DNA of 13,485 bases from Abditibacteriaceae bacterium (GCA_031425655.1 JANPJS010000230.1:1-13485); one strand, 5' to 3'; counted from the stretch's first letter, positions 1 through 8,693 are shown. Made by a program: numbers and translations. The notes: a model not told the origin generated them from the letters alone.

Positions 1-81
1 GTGCCCTTTGGGCAGGTTCCTCTTCCAAACAGGAAGAAGTGGCGCCAGCTTGTTTGGAAGAGGAACCTGCCCAAAGGGCAC
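1..81. repeat. Perfect 31-bp inverted repeat with 19-nt loop (REP-like palindrome), possibly truncated by the window edge
   Basis: 1-31 GTGCCCTTTGGGCAGGTTCCTCTTCCAAACA is the exact reverse complement of 51-81. Each arm also holds a mini-hairpin TGCCC-NNN-GGGCA. Confidence 0.85.
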
Positions 82-115
82 CCGGCCCCGCACCGCAAGC
101 CGAAGGGAGCGCGTC

Positions 116-3100
116 ATGATTCCGGTTCGCGTGCATTTGAACGGCTTTATGAGCTATCGTGAGCCGGGCGAATTTCTCTTCGACGGCGCGCCGCTGTGGA
201 TGTTGGCTGGGCCGAATGGCGCCGGAAAATCAACGGTTTTCGATGCCATTACTTTCGCGCTTTTCGGCGAAACACGCGCCGGTTCCACCAACTATCGTGA
301 GCTTATAAATCACCACTGCGATAACTTGGTGGCCGAGATAGATTTTCGTATCGGCGAAGACGTTTATCGCGTTAAGCGCACTATAAATCGGCGTAATAAA
401 TCCACGTTTCAAGCGTGGCATCTCAGCGGGCCGAATCCGCCGCCGGGCAAAGCGATTCCCGGCGAAGCTCGCGCCATTCCCGATGCTGAAAGCAAAACCG
501 GACTCGAATCGTGGGTGCGCGAAGTGCTGGGCTTAGACCGCGAGACGTTTTCTACTTCGGTCTTGCTGCGACAGGGCAAAAGCGACGCGTTACTCAACGC
601 CGAACCGCGCGAACGGCATCGGATGCTGGCGCAGATTGTCGGCCTCAAAGCCTATGAAAATTTGCACAAGCGCGTGGTGGAATTGCAGCGCGATGCCAAA
701 GGCGCCGCCGATTTTTGCCAGAGTAAATTGCAAAGCATTGAGCCGGTAGACGAAGACCGTTTGCTGGAACTGGCGCGCGTAATGGACGCCGCAGACGACG
801 CGAAAAACCAGGCGCGCACGCAAAGCGAAGAATGGACGCGCCTTTTGGTGCATTGCCGCGCGTGGCACGAATTGCAAAGCGAGCAAAACGAAATCGAAGC
901 GCGCCTCGCGACGGCGCGTGGGCTTATCGCCCAGGCGCCGCAAATTCGCGCCGATTTGCTGCGCTTTGCTGATTTGCAAAACGTGCTGCCGCGCCTGCGC
1001 GAATTGTGGCAGGTGCGCGAAAAACTGGCGACGTGCGAACGCGCGATTGAACAACTGACGCGCGACGCAAGCGAAGCGCAAAACGGTGCCGCCAGCGCCC
1101 AAATTACGTTGGATGCGGCCCGCGCGCGGCAAAACGAAATTGCCCTCGCGCAACGCGATTGGCTGAACCGCCGCTCGACCGCCGACGGGCGCATCGCGGA
1201 ATACGCCGAGCCTCTGGCGCAGCTTAATCATTTGGCGGAATTGCGCCGCGAAAGCGCCGAGCTGTCGGCACAATTAAACGAGTTTTCGGCGGATTTAGAA
1301 GAGCGTTTAATCGCGCTGCAAGCAGCCGTCGCCGAGCATTTGGAACTCAAAAGTGCGCGTCCCTGGCTCGAACAGTTTGTGCAAGCGCGCGAAGACTGGA
1401 AAAGCGCCCGCGCCGACGGCAAGAAGGCGAAAGAAGAGCAAGCGCACTGGCAGACGCAAATGGCCCAATGGGAGCCGCAAACCGAAGCGCTGACGGCGCA
1501 GGAAAACGCGATGCTTTCGCAGGCCAACGAAGCGCGCGAGGAATTGGGACAAGCGCGGGCGCGCGGCCATCAGATTAAGGAAAGTGAGGCGCGTTTGCAC
1601 TCGGTGGAGAATCAACCGATGTGCAGTTATTGCGGCCAGCCGCTGACCGAAGAGCATCTCGACGCCGAACGAGGGCGTTTGCGCGACGAAAAAGCTGTCG
1701 CACAACGCGATTTTGAAAGCGCCGTCGCGCGCCAGAAATTCGCCGAAAGCGAACTCGTGCGCGTGCAGCGCGAACGCGAATCGGCGATTCGCTCGTTGGG
1801 TGATGCGTGTCGTTCCGCACAAGATACCGAACGCGCTTTCGCGCAGGCCAAAGAGATGTCGAAAAGCGCTTGTTCGCGCGGTTTATCGGCGCTGGAGCAG
1901 TTGCCGGAACGCTGGCGAGTGCAAATTGACACCGACGGCAGCGGCCATTTGGAAACCTGTTTTCGCAATGGCTTTCCGTCTTCCGAAGACATTGACGAGG
2001 TGCGGCGGAGTGAGCGCGAAGGCGCCGGATTGTCGCGCGAACTTTCGGCGCTGCAAGAGCAGGTCGCAAGGCGCCGGAAAATCGCCGCGCAGAGCGAATC
2101 GTTAGATATACGCCGCGCGCCGCTCGAAGCGAAATTTTCTGCCGAAGTTGAAGCGCAAGTGCGAGAATCGGCCCGCCTCGCGCGCGACGATAAAATGCAG
2201 TCGGAAACGCAATTACGCGACTTAGCGGCACAACTGCAAGGAGCCGAACGCGATTTATCATCGGCGCAAGATTCTCTCGAATCCGCGCACGCCAAACGAC
2301 AAAACGCGGCAGACGCGCTGGCCGCGCAGCGGCAACTGCAAAGCGTCCAAAGCGGCGCGGCGGAGTCGTTGGAAGCAAACCTGTCAGCCGAATGGCAGAA
2401 GGCGGCCCGCGAACTTTCGGACGTGCGACTAAGCGAATGGGAAAGCGAAGCCACATCGCTGACAACTGCGCCGCAGCGCGTTCAAGAGCTGGAAAAGGCC
2501 GAACACGACGATAAATCGCTGCAAATTCGCTTGTTGGAAACGCAAAACAAGCTCGACGACGTGCCGCGCGAGGCGCGTCGTGCGCCCGAAGAAATTCAAG
2601 CGGCACAGCACACGGCGGATTTAGCTTACAGCGAGGCCGAAACGCAGTGGCGCGATGCGGCAGCCGAGCAAACGCGTTTGGAAAGCGATAAAAAGCAACG
2701 CGCGCAGGCCGAAGCCGATTTTCATGTGCAAACGCACCGCGCGCAATTATTGAAAATCTTAGCTGAATATCTGGGGCCGGATAAGTTGCAGCGCTATCTT
2801 TTGCAGGAAGCCGAAAACGCGATTGTCGCGCATTCCAATCAAGTGCTCGACCGCATTTCCAACGGCACTTTGCGCCTCGAACTGCGCGCCAACGCTGCTA
2901 CGACGACCTCGAAAGAGCCAACCGCATTGGACATGGTCGCTTTCAATTCCGAGACCAGTGAACAGCCTTTGCCGGTCGCGTTATTAAGCGGTAGCCAGCG
3001 TTTTCGCGTGGCGGTCGCGGTGGCGCTGGGCATGGGACAATTCGCCAGTCAGGGCACGCGGCGCATCGAATCGGTGATTATTGACGAAGGTTTCGGCAGC

Positions 3101-3274
3101 TTAGACCGCGATGGCCGCCGCGAAATGATTGACGAATTGCATTCGCTGAAAAGTGTCTTGCAGCGCATCATTTTGGTGTCGCATCAGGAAGAATTTTCCG
3201 ACGCCTTTCCCAATCGCTACGCCATCGAACTGCGCGACGGCGCCTCGCACGTCACGCTGGTGGATGAGCGGTAA
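116..3274 (+). CDS. sbcC: SbcC/Rad50-family SMC-like ATPase (SbcCD nuclease subunit C), ~1052 aa
   Basis: ATG at 116 after GAAGGGAG; N-terminus MIPVRVHLNGFMSY; Walker A GPNGAGKS; Q-loop LLRQG; long coiled coil with central Zn-hook CSYC (1622-1633); signature LSGSQ; Walker B/D-loop VIIDEGFGSLD; H-loop VSHQ. Confidence 0.9.
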   Translation: MIPVRVHLNGFMSYREPGEFLFDGAPLWMLAGPNGAGKSTVFDAITFALFGETRAGSTNYRELINHHCDNLVAEIDFRIGEDVYRVKRTINRRNKSTFQAWHLSGPNPPPGKAIPGEARAIPDAESKTGLESWVREVLGLDRETFSTSVLLRQGKSDALLNAEPRERHRMLAQIVGLKAYENLHKRVVELQRDAKGAADFCQSKLQSIEPVDEDRLLELARVMDAADDAKNQARTQSEEWTRLLVHCRAWHELQSEQNEIEARLATARGLIAQAPQIRADLLRFADLQNVLPRLRELWQVREKLATCERAIEQLTRDASEAQNGAASAQITLDAARARQNEIALAQRDWLNRRSTADGRIAEYAEPLAQLNHLAELRRESAELSAQLNEFSADLEERLIALQAAVAEHLELKSARPWLEQFVQAREDWKSARADGKKAKEEQAHWQTQMAQWEPQTEALTAQENAMLSQANEAREELGQARARGHQIKESEARLHSVENQPMCSYCGQPLTEEHLDAERGRLRDEKAVAQRDFESAVARQKFAESELVRVQRERESAIRSLGDACRSAQDTERAFAQAKEMSKSACSRGLSALEQLPERWRVQIDTDGSGHLETCFRNGFPSSEDIDEVRRSEREGAGLSRELSALQEQVARRRKIAAQSESLDIRRAPLEAKFSAEVEAQVRESARLARDDKMQSETQLRDLAAQLQGAERDLSSAQDSLESAHAKRQNAADALAAQRQLQSVQSGAAESLEANLSAEWQKAARELSDVRLSEWESEATSLTTAPQRVQELEKAEHDDKSLQIRLLETQNKLDDVPREARRAPEEIQAAQHTADLAYSEAETQWRDAAAEQTRLESDKKQRAQAEADFHVQTHRAQLLKILAEYLGPDKLQRYLLQEAENAIVAHSNQVLDRISNGTLRLELRANAATTTSKEPTALDMVAFNSETSEQPLPVALLSGSQRFRVAVAVALGMGQFASQGTRRIESVIIDEGFGSLDRDGRREMIDELHSLKSVLQRIILVSHQEEFSDAFPNRYAIELRDGASHVTLVDER

Positions 3275-3322
3275 AAGCGCCGCAAAATACTCGCTCCAAC
3301 TGTCAAACGACGAGAGGTGGAG

Positions 3323-3835
3323 ATGATGAACAAATGGCGCAGCGTGTTGGACTCATTGTTGATACTCTGGATTTTATTCATTGCCTGGATTTTAATTTAC
3401 GTGTGGGAAGTTCTCGGTCGGTTCATGCCTCTGTGGGGTTATATGACCTATGCGCTGGTATGGGGCGTGCTATTGCGGCAACTTCTATCCGATTCGCGCT
3501 ATCCCGGACGCCGCGTTGTGTTCGGACTCTTTTTAGTGGTTCTTGTCTGTCAGAGCGTTCTTTTTTCGTCGCGCCGAGGATTCTTGCGCCACCTTTACAG
3601 CGTCCGACCGGGCATGACAGTAACTCAAGTCGAAGACATTATGGGGCGTTATCACGAATTTGATGGTGAAGAATCGAATGTCGGCCATGGTTCTGATGGA
3701 AAACTGAAATTAGTGAGTGGCAATGGCCTGAGTTATCGCCACGCCGACGGCAACAACGGTCTTTTCAACGCCGATGTTGGTGTGGTCATCTTCAAGAATG
3801 GGCGTGTGGAGGAAGTGAGTTTCGATCCCGATTGA
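3323..3835 (+). CDS. Hypothetical membrane protein: three predicted N-terminal TM segments plus a soluble SmpA/BamE-like C-terminal segment
   Basis: Hydrophobic N-terminal stretches, then VRPGMTVTQVEDIMG...VVIFKNGRV, which resembles the BamE/BLIP-like fold. Start is ambiguous (GTG 3317, ATG 3323 or 3326) after GAGAGG/GGAG. Confidence 0.65.
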   Translation: MMNKWRSVLDSLLILWILFIAWILIYVWEVLGRFMPLWGYMTYALVWGVLLRQLLSDSRYPGRRVVFGLFLVVLVCQSVLFSSRRGFLRHLYSVRPGMTVTQVEDIMGRYHEFDGEESNVGHGSDGKLKLVSGNGLSYRHADGNNGLFNADVGVVIFKNGRVEEVSFDPD

Positions 3836-3917
3836 TTTCCGATTCGCACGTCACGCTTGTGGATGAACGCTGAAGGCTGTGGTGAAATTGAAGTTGAATC
3901 TCGGAGGAATCATCGAA

Positions 3918-4652
3918 ATGCAGAATCGTCAAAATCTCGCGCGCAAAGCGTTTACGTTAGTCGAACTTTTGGTCGTCATTGCGATCATTTCTTTGCTCGC
4001 CGCATTACTTTTCGGGGCGATGACGCGCGTGCGCGAAAACGCGCGCAAAACCAATTGCCTCAGCAACATGAAGCAGTTGCAGATGGCCGTTTCGATTTAC
4101 CAGCAGCCTTACGATGAAACGATGCCGCTAAGCTTTGCCGACTTCGATCCGGCCAACAACACTTTCGAGCCGGGCAACGGCGAGAAAGGCTGGGCGCAAT
4201 CGCTTCAGCCTTTTATTCAAAATACGCAGGTGTTCGGCTGCCCGAACGATAGTTCCCTCGTTACCAATGATCCGGCCACTTCGTTTAGTGATTACGCTTA
4301 TAATCGGGCGTTGGGCTACGTTTCGGCAAACATCGGGCCGCGCACCTTAGCCGATATCAAAAGCCCGGAATTGACCATTCTTTTCAGCGAAGCCGATCCG
4401 GGCAGCGCGGCCAGCAGCCAACCGACCAACTTGAATAAAAGCGGGTTGCTCACGGGCGCGGCAGCTTTAACGGGTTCCAAGTTGGCGCGGCATTCAGGCG
4501 GCTCGAACTTCGTGTTTTGCGACGGTCACGCCAAGTGGTATCCCGCCGACAGCGATACGGAAAGCTCGAAAATATACGCCGCCAATACGCCGTTTAACAT
4601 ATCGGGCGACAGTCCAACTTTTCACGCTGACGATCAAGTGACGTATCCGTGA
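3918..4652 (+). CDS. Prepilin-type N-terminal cleavage/methylation protein with DUF1559-like region and C-terminal H-X9-DG motif
   Basis: GGAGG at 3903-3907; KA|FTLVELLVVIAII; ARKTNCLSNMKQL; FGCPND; RHSGGSNFVFCDGHAKW (H-x9-DG). Confidence 0.9.
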   Translation: MQNRQNLARKAFTLVELLVVIAIISLLAALLFGAMTRVRENARKTNCLSNMKQLQMAVSIYQQPYDETMPLSFADFDPANNTFEPGNGEKGWAQSLQPFIQNTQVFGCPNDSSLVTNDPATSFSDYAYNRALGYVSANIGPRTLADIKSPELTILFSEADPGSAASSQPTNLNKSGLLTGAAALTGSKLARHSGGSNFVFCDGHAKWYPADSDTESSKIYAANTPFNISGDSPTFHADDQVTYP

Positions 4653-4661
4653 GCGCCACTT

Positions 4662-4703
4662 AAAGCAAAGGCCCCACGAAATATCGCGGGGCCTTTGTTT
4701 TTT
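4662..4703. terminator. Bidirectional intrinsic terminator between convergent genes
   Basis: AAAGCAAAGGCCCCACG-aaatat-CGCGGGGCCTTTG-TTTTTT hairpin with a T-tract on the + side and an A-rich run on the other. Confidence 0.8.
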
Positions 4704-5326
4704 CAGCGAAAGTGAAATTCCTTGAAGCCGAATAATTGCAGTTGCTTGCGCAGAGCTTCCTGTGCTCCGAGTTCGGCTTGTTTGAGGATTTCGCTTTGCA
4801 CCGCAGCGGCGCGAATGCGGTTTTCGGCTTCCTGACGCACTTTGGTTTCGAGTTGCGCGTCGGGTTTGGAGAAAATACCGGTTTGGCGCTCGAAAACCTC
4901 ACTTTGGTTGTTATTGAGCGTGGCGTGAAAAATCTTGGCGGGCGGCAAATGCAGCGTGGCTACGCCGTCTTTGGTTTCCACGTCTTCCGGCTTCATCTCC
5001 GATAAATCCACGCCGGCCACCACTTCGCCGTGCCCGATAAAAACCAATCTATCGCCGGCGATGAAGTCCGGCAAAAGTCCGCTGCTGGTGTCGCCTTTGA
5101 CGATGGTGTGGCCGCGATAGCGCGCGGTTTCGAGGCGCGACAGCTTTTGCAATTGATCCAAGACGACCGGGCCGGACGGCGTGATCGTCGTCGAAAAACC
5201 GAAAGGATTAAGCAGCATTTGCCGTCCGCGCTGAAAACTTGCCAGCACAAGCAGCACAACGATGATTCCCAGGGCGAAGGCGCCGCCGAAGCCAAGCGAA
5301 GTCAGAATGGTTTTGAGTCGTCGCAT
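4703..5326 (-). CDS. DUF4230 domain-containing protein with N-terminal membrane anchor, ~207 aa
   Basis: Likely start MRRLKTIL at 5326. One TM segment, then VLDQLQKLSRLETARY, GEVVAGVDLS, LHLPPAKI and ILKQAE, typical of DUF4230. Confidence 0.8.
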   Translation of the reverse strand: MRRLKTILTSLGFGGAFALGIIVVLLVLASFQRGRQMLLNPFGFSTTITPSGPVVLDQLQKLSRLETARYRGHTIVKGDTSSGLLPDFIAGDRLVFIGHGEVVAGVDLSEMKPEDVETKDGVATLHLPPAKIFHATLNNNQSEVFERQTGIFSKPDAQLETKVRQEAENRIRAAAVQSEILKQAELGAQEALRKQLQLFGFKEFHFR

Positions 5327-5397
5327 GATAAAGAGCGCGCCGCGAAAGTGCCACAAGTGTAGGAAACTAAGCGCACCACGCGCAAAAAGGGAAAACA

Positions 5398-5763
5398 ATG
5401 GCAAAAGCGAAAAATGTTTTAGGCGAAGAATTGCAAAGCTGCTGCACCGATCCGATGACGGGCTATTATCGCAACGGTTGCTGCGATACGGGGCCGGGCG
5501 ACATGGGATTGCACCTCGTCTGCGTTGTGTTGACCGATGATTTTCTCGAATTCTCGCAGGCGGCGGGCAACGATCTCTCAACGCCGATGCCGCAGTATGA
5601 TTTTCCCGGCCTGCAAGCCGGCGACCGCTGGTGTTTGTGCGTGAGCCGTTGGAAAGAAGCCTTCGATGCCGGTTGCGCGCCGCAAGTCGTGCTTGAAGCA
5701 ACGCACGTTAGCGCGCTGGAATGGGTGAACATGGCCGATTTGCAGTCGCACGCGCTGAAATGA
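5398..5763 (+). CDS. DUF2237 family protein
   Basis: NVLGEELQSCCTDPMTGYYRNGCC, GLHLVC, GNDLSTP, GLQAGDRWCLCVSRW and VVLEATH are DUF2237 hallmarks. Confidence 0.9.
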   Translation: MAKAKNVLGEELQSCCTDPMTGYYRNGCCDTGPGDMGLHLVCVVLTDDFLEFSQAAGNDLSTPMPQYDFPGLQAGDRWCLCVSRWKEAFDAGCAPQVVLEATHVSALEWVNMADLQSHALK

Positions 5764-5774
5764 AATGTGGACAG

Positions 5775-6116
5775 TTAGCTTGTTTCTTCGGGCACGAAAA
5801 TCCACAGGCAGATGTAGACAATCGCCCCGACGCCATAGCCACAGATTAGCACCGCGAAGCCAAGCCGCCAGACCCACGACGGCAACGGAGTCAACTTCCC
5901 CAGCCCGCCGCAAACGCCGCCCAGCCAGACATCGCTTTTGGAGCGCGTGAATTTCCGCAGAACATCTGTCGAAGCATTGACGATGCTCGGCGCCCCGTCT
6001 GAGGCATCCGGCGCTCCTTGCAGCACGCGCGCTTTGGCTTCGGCGAATTCCGCGTCGGTGAGCGCGCCGGAGTCCCGCAGTGTCTGGAGTTTCTGAAGTT
6101 CGTCCACGATGTTCAT
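5775..6116 (-). CDS. SHOCT domain + PspC domain membrane protein
   Basis: N-terminal DELQKLQTLRDSGALTDAEFAEAKARVL (SHOCT); C-terminal RSKSDVWLGGVCGGLG...VWRL...YICLWIFVP (PspC); AAGGA RBS upstream. Confidence 0.85.
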   Translation of the reverse strand: MNIVDELQKLQTLRDSGALTDAEFAEAKARVLQGAPDASDGAPSIVNASTDVLRKFTRSKSDVWLGGVCGGLGKLTPLPSWVWRLGFAVLICGYGVGAIVYICLWIFVPEETS

Positions 6117-6229
6117 GGGCCGCCATCCTTTTGCTGTCTAACGTGCGTTCAATCAGATTATGGCAACCGTGAGCGGCGTTGGCTACACGGCGCAGCGATT
6201 GTTGGCAAATCGTGAAGCACAGGAGAAAA

Positions 6230-7639
6230 ATGAAATCAACATTACTGGCGTTGTTTGTCCTCTTCAACGTGGCACTGGCCGGTGCGCAAGGCCAGAAACT
6301 GTCTCCGCTTTCGGGCTTCTGGCAGGGCGCGCTGAATGCGGGGCCGATCCCGATTCGTGTCGAATTCGCTATCGCCGAAAAAGAGGGCAAGCTGCTCGGC
6401 ACATTGTCGAGCGTGGATATGGGCGGAGTGGGCGCGGCGCTGAACGTGATCAGCCTGAAAGAGCGGGTGGCTCGCTTTGAAGTCGGCCCACAGGACTTTT
6501 TTACGGGCACGCTGAACGATCAGGGCACAGAAATCGTGGGCACATGGCAGCAGGGCAAGGCCAAATTTCCCTTAACTCTAAAGCACGCGGACAAAGCCAT
6601 CGTGCTACACCGTCCGCAGGAGCCGAAGCCGCCATTTCCCTATCGCACGGAAGAAGTTGTGATCCCTGCGTCGAAAGACGTAAAGCTGGCCGGCACGCTG
6701 ACTCTGCCGCCGGGCGATGGGCCGCATCCCGTCGTGGTATTCATCAGCGGCTCCGGGGCGCAAGACCGCGACGAATCGTTGATGGGACATCGTCCGTTCG
6801 CGGTGCTGGCCGACCATCTCACGCGACAGGGCATCGCGGCGTTGCGCTGCGATGATCGCGGTGTGGCTCGTTCCACCGGTAACTTCGCCATCTCCACTAC
6901 CGCCGATTTCGCCGACGACACGCGCGCCCAAGTCGCATGGCTGCGCGCTCGCCCGGAAATTGATAAGCGCCGCGTCGGGCTTGTCGGCCACAGTGAAGGC
7001 GGCATCGTCGCGCCGATGGTCGCCGCGCAGGACAAAGACGTGGCGTTCATCGTTTTGCTGTCCGGCGTCGGTGTGCCGATGAAAGAACTGTTGGTGCGGC
7101 AAATGGTGGACGGGACGCGATTAAAAACCACCGACCCGAAAAAAATCGCCCGCACCGAAGCGATGGGGCACGAAGTAGTCGCCTTACTCACCGAAGACCT
7201 GGACGACGCCGCGCTGGAAAAGCGACTGCGCGAAAAAGTGACGGCCTCATTCGCCGAGTTAACGCCCGCAGAGCGCGCCGAAGGCGCCGACCTGGAATCT
7301 GTTATCTCAAGTCTTCTGCCGTTACTGCGCTCGCCGTGGCAACGCTGGATTGTCCGCTACGACCCCGCGCCGAATCTGCGCGCCGTAAAATGTCCGGTGC
7401 TGGCGCTCAACGGCGAAAAGGACGTGCAGGTCGCCGCGAAGGAAAATCTCGAAGCCATCGCGCGCGAGTTGGCCGCCGGCGGCAATAAAACCGTGAAAAC
7501 CGCCGCGCTGCCGAATCTCAACCACCTTTTTCAACATTGCCAGACGGGAGCGATCAGCGAATACGGCGAAATCGAAGAAACCATGTCGCCCGAAGTGCTG
7601 ACGCTGGTGTCCGATTGGATTCGCGCACAAACGAAGTGA
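6230..7639 (+). CDS. Secreted alpha/beta-fold serine hydrolase (S9/S15-like), ~469 aa
   Basis: AGGAG RBS; signal peptide MKSTLLALFVLFNVALAGA; RPQEPKPPFPY; GSGAQDRDE; nucleophile GHSEGG; acid GEKDVQV; His NHLFQ. Confidence 0.9.
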   Translation: MKSTLLALFVLFNVALAGAQGQKLSPLSGFWQGALNAGPIPIRVEFAIAEKEGKLLGTLSSVDMGGVGAALNVISLKERVARFEVGPQDFFTGTLNDQGTEIVGTWQQGKAKFPLTLKHADKAIVLHRPQEPKPPFPYRTEEVVIPASKDVKLAGTLTLPPGDGPHPVVVFISGSGAQDRDESLMGHRPFAVLADHLTRQGIAALRCDDRGVARSTGNFAISTTADFADDTRAQVAWLRARPEIDKRRVGLVGHSEGGIVAPMVAAQDKDVAFIVLLSGVGVPMKELLVRQMVDGTRLKTTDPKKIARTEAMGHEVVALLTEDLDDAALEKRLREKVTASFAELTPAERAEGADLESVISSLLPLLRSPWQRWIVRYDPAPNLRAVKCPVLALNGEKDVQVAAKENLEAIARELAAGGNKTVKTAALPNLNHLFQHCQTGAISEYGEIEETMSPEVLTLVSDWIRAQTK

Positions 7640-7761
7640 ATTCATTGAAGCGAAGCCGCAATGCAAAAAGCCGCATTACTCTCGCGGAGTGCGTGGCTCA
7701 GCCTGATTGAATAGAAGTAACACCGTTCACAATGGCGATTCAAAACATCCCTTTGCGGGAA

Positions 7762-7962
7762 CTACATCGGATGACCGTTGTATGAACTCCAGATGAGGAG
7801 CGCAACAAGGGATACATAGGCAATCAACCCCAGCAGAAGAAATCCGCCAATAATTTTAATGACCTTGCCGATGGGTTGGTTCCAGCGACCAGTGCCTAAG
7901 AAGAAACCGGCTGCCAGTAGTAAGGCGATGAGTGGTATGACGACAAAGATGTTTGTGCTCAT
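7762..7962 (-). CDS. Small two-TM hypothetical protein (66 aa)
   Basis: ATG start; two hydrophobic helices joined by GRWNQPIGK; same strand as the two neighbouring small ORFs. Confidence 0.55.
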   Translation of the reverse strand: MSTNIFVVIPLIALLLAAGFFLGTGRWNQPIGKVIKIIGGFLLLGLIAYVSLVALLIWSSYNGHPM

Positions 7963-8049
7963 GGTTTCGTGTCTACTCGGCGCTTTTCGCTCGGTTCCAG
8001 TGGTGCCTGCTTGATGGACTTTCGTTCCATAAGGGACGTGAGGAAACGC

Positions 8050-8313
8050 CTAACGCTTATTGGCAGCACTCTGCAACACTGCGAGAAGCGCCAGATAGAT
8101 TAAAGGCCATGGGGCGACCATGACAATGAGAATCCCCGAAAGATCACCACTGGATTGAGGCGTGAAGACTTTCCAGAGAGTCCAAAGATAAAAAGGGAGC
8201 GAGGGAATGAGACAGAGAATTGAGGCGACTCGCCACCCTCCTTTAGAGCGCAACAGGGTGAAAGTTTGCAAGATGGGATAGCCCAACAGAAAGACAAAGA
8301 AGAGTAATTGCAT
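8050..8313 (-). CDS. Small three-TM hypothetical protein (87 aa)
   Basis: Three hydrophobic segments; starts 13 nt after the stop of the upstream ORF. Confidence 0.6.
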   Translation of the reverse strand: MQLLFFVFLLGYPILQTFTLLRSKGGWRVASILCLIPSLPFYLWTLWKVFTPQSSGDLSGILIVMVAPWPLIYLALLAVLQSAANKR

Positions 8314-8326
8314 AGTGGGCGGTCGC

Positions 8327-8524
8327 TTATTTCTTCTTGGCTACAAAAGCGGCAAACACAAAGAAGGCGGCGGCAATCCAAGAGCAGATAGGTGTTAAGG
8401 AATAGAGCCATACATTTCCTCCATTCTGCATAATGCGCGTGAGTAGAAAGGTCTGAAAAATGGCTAAGATGACGAAGAGGCAGGCTACCACCTTTGCAAC
8501 AGTTGACTTCGCTTCTGGCTTCAT
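8327..8524 (-). CDS. Small two-TM hypothetical protein (65 aa)
   Basis: AGGA upstream of ATG; two TM segments; basic tail AKKK. Confidence 0.6.
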   Translation of the reverse strand: MKPEAKSTVAKVVACLFVILAIFQTFLLTRIMQNGGNVWLYSLTPICSWIAAAFFVFAAFVAKKK

Positions 8525-8567
8525 GAAGTGATCCTATACCATTAAAATCGTTCGCACAATGACGAGA

Positions 8568-8639
8568 CGAAATCGAAAAAACATATCGCCCGAAGTGCTG
8601 ACCCTCGTCTCCGATTGGATTCGCACGCAGGCAAAGTAA
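8568..8639 (+). pseudogene. Diverged duplicate of the last ~72 nt of the hydrolase gene (direct repeat of 7567-7639)
   Basis: Encodes ISPEVLTLVSDWIRTQAK* versus MSPEVLTLVSDWIRAQTK* in the intact gene. Many differences are synonymous; there is a 1-nt deletion near the 5' end. Confidence 0.85.
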
Positions 8640-8668
8640 GCGTTGGTTTTGGGATATTGCAACGAAAT

Positions 8669-8693
8669 CAAGCCGCACCGTGCGGCTTGTTTT
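8669..8693 (+). terminator. Intrinsic terminator-like hairpin after the duplicated hydrolase 3' end
   Basis: CAAGCCGCA-ccg-TGCGGCTTG-TTTT. Confidence 0.6.

Noticed and set aside
8..115. N-terminal extension of SbcC from TTG 8
   Set aside because: It runs through the palindrome; the family-like N-terminus and RBS point to ATG 116.
230..3033. Long antisense and alternative-frame ORFs within sbcC (e.g. 1575-2606, 1627-2454)
   Set aside because: Shadow ORFs of a GC-rich coiled-coil gene; Arg/Ala/Ser-rich with no motifs.
5327..5701. Extension of the DUF4230 ORF to 332 aa
   Set aside because: It overlaps the well-supported DUF2237 gene on the opposite strand.
7640..8560. Integron array of the three small ORFs (GCCTAAC at 8048-8054)
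   Set aside because: The core site is in the wrong orientation relative to the gene, spacers lack attC-like palindromes, and there is no intI.
8559..8639. 26-aa ORF MTRRNRKNISPEVLTLVSDWIRTQAK as a functional peptide
   Set aside because: No RBS; better explained as a frameshifted remnant of the hydrolase 3' end.
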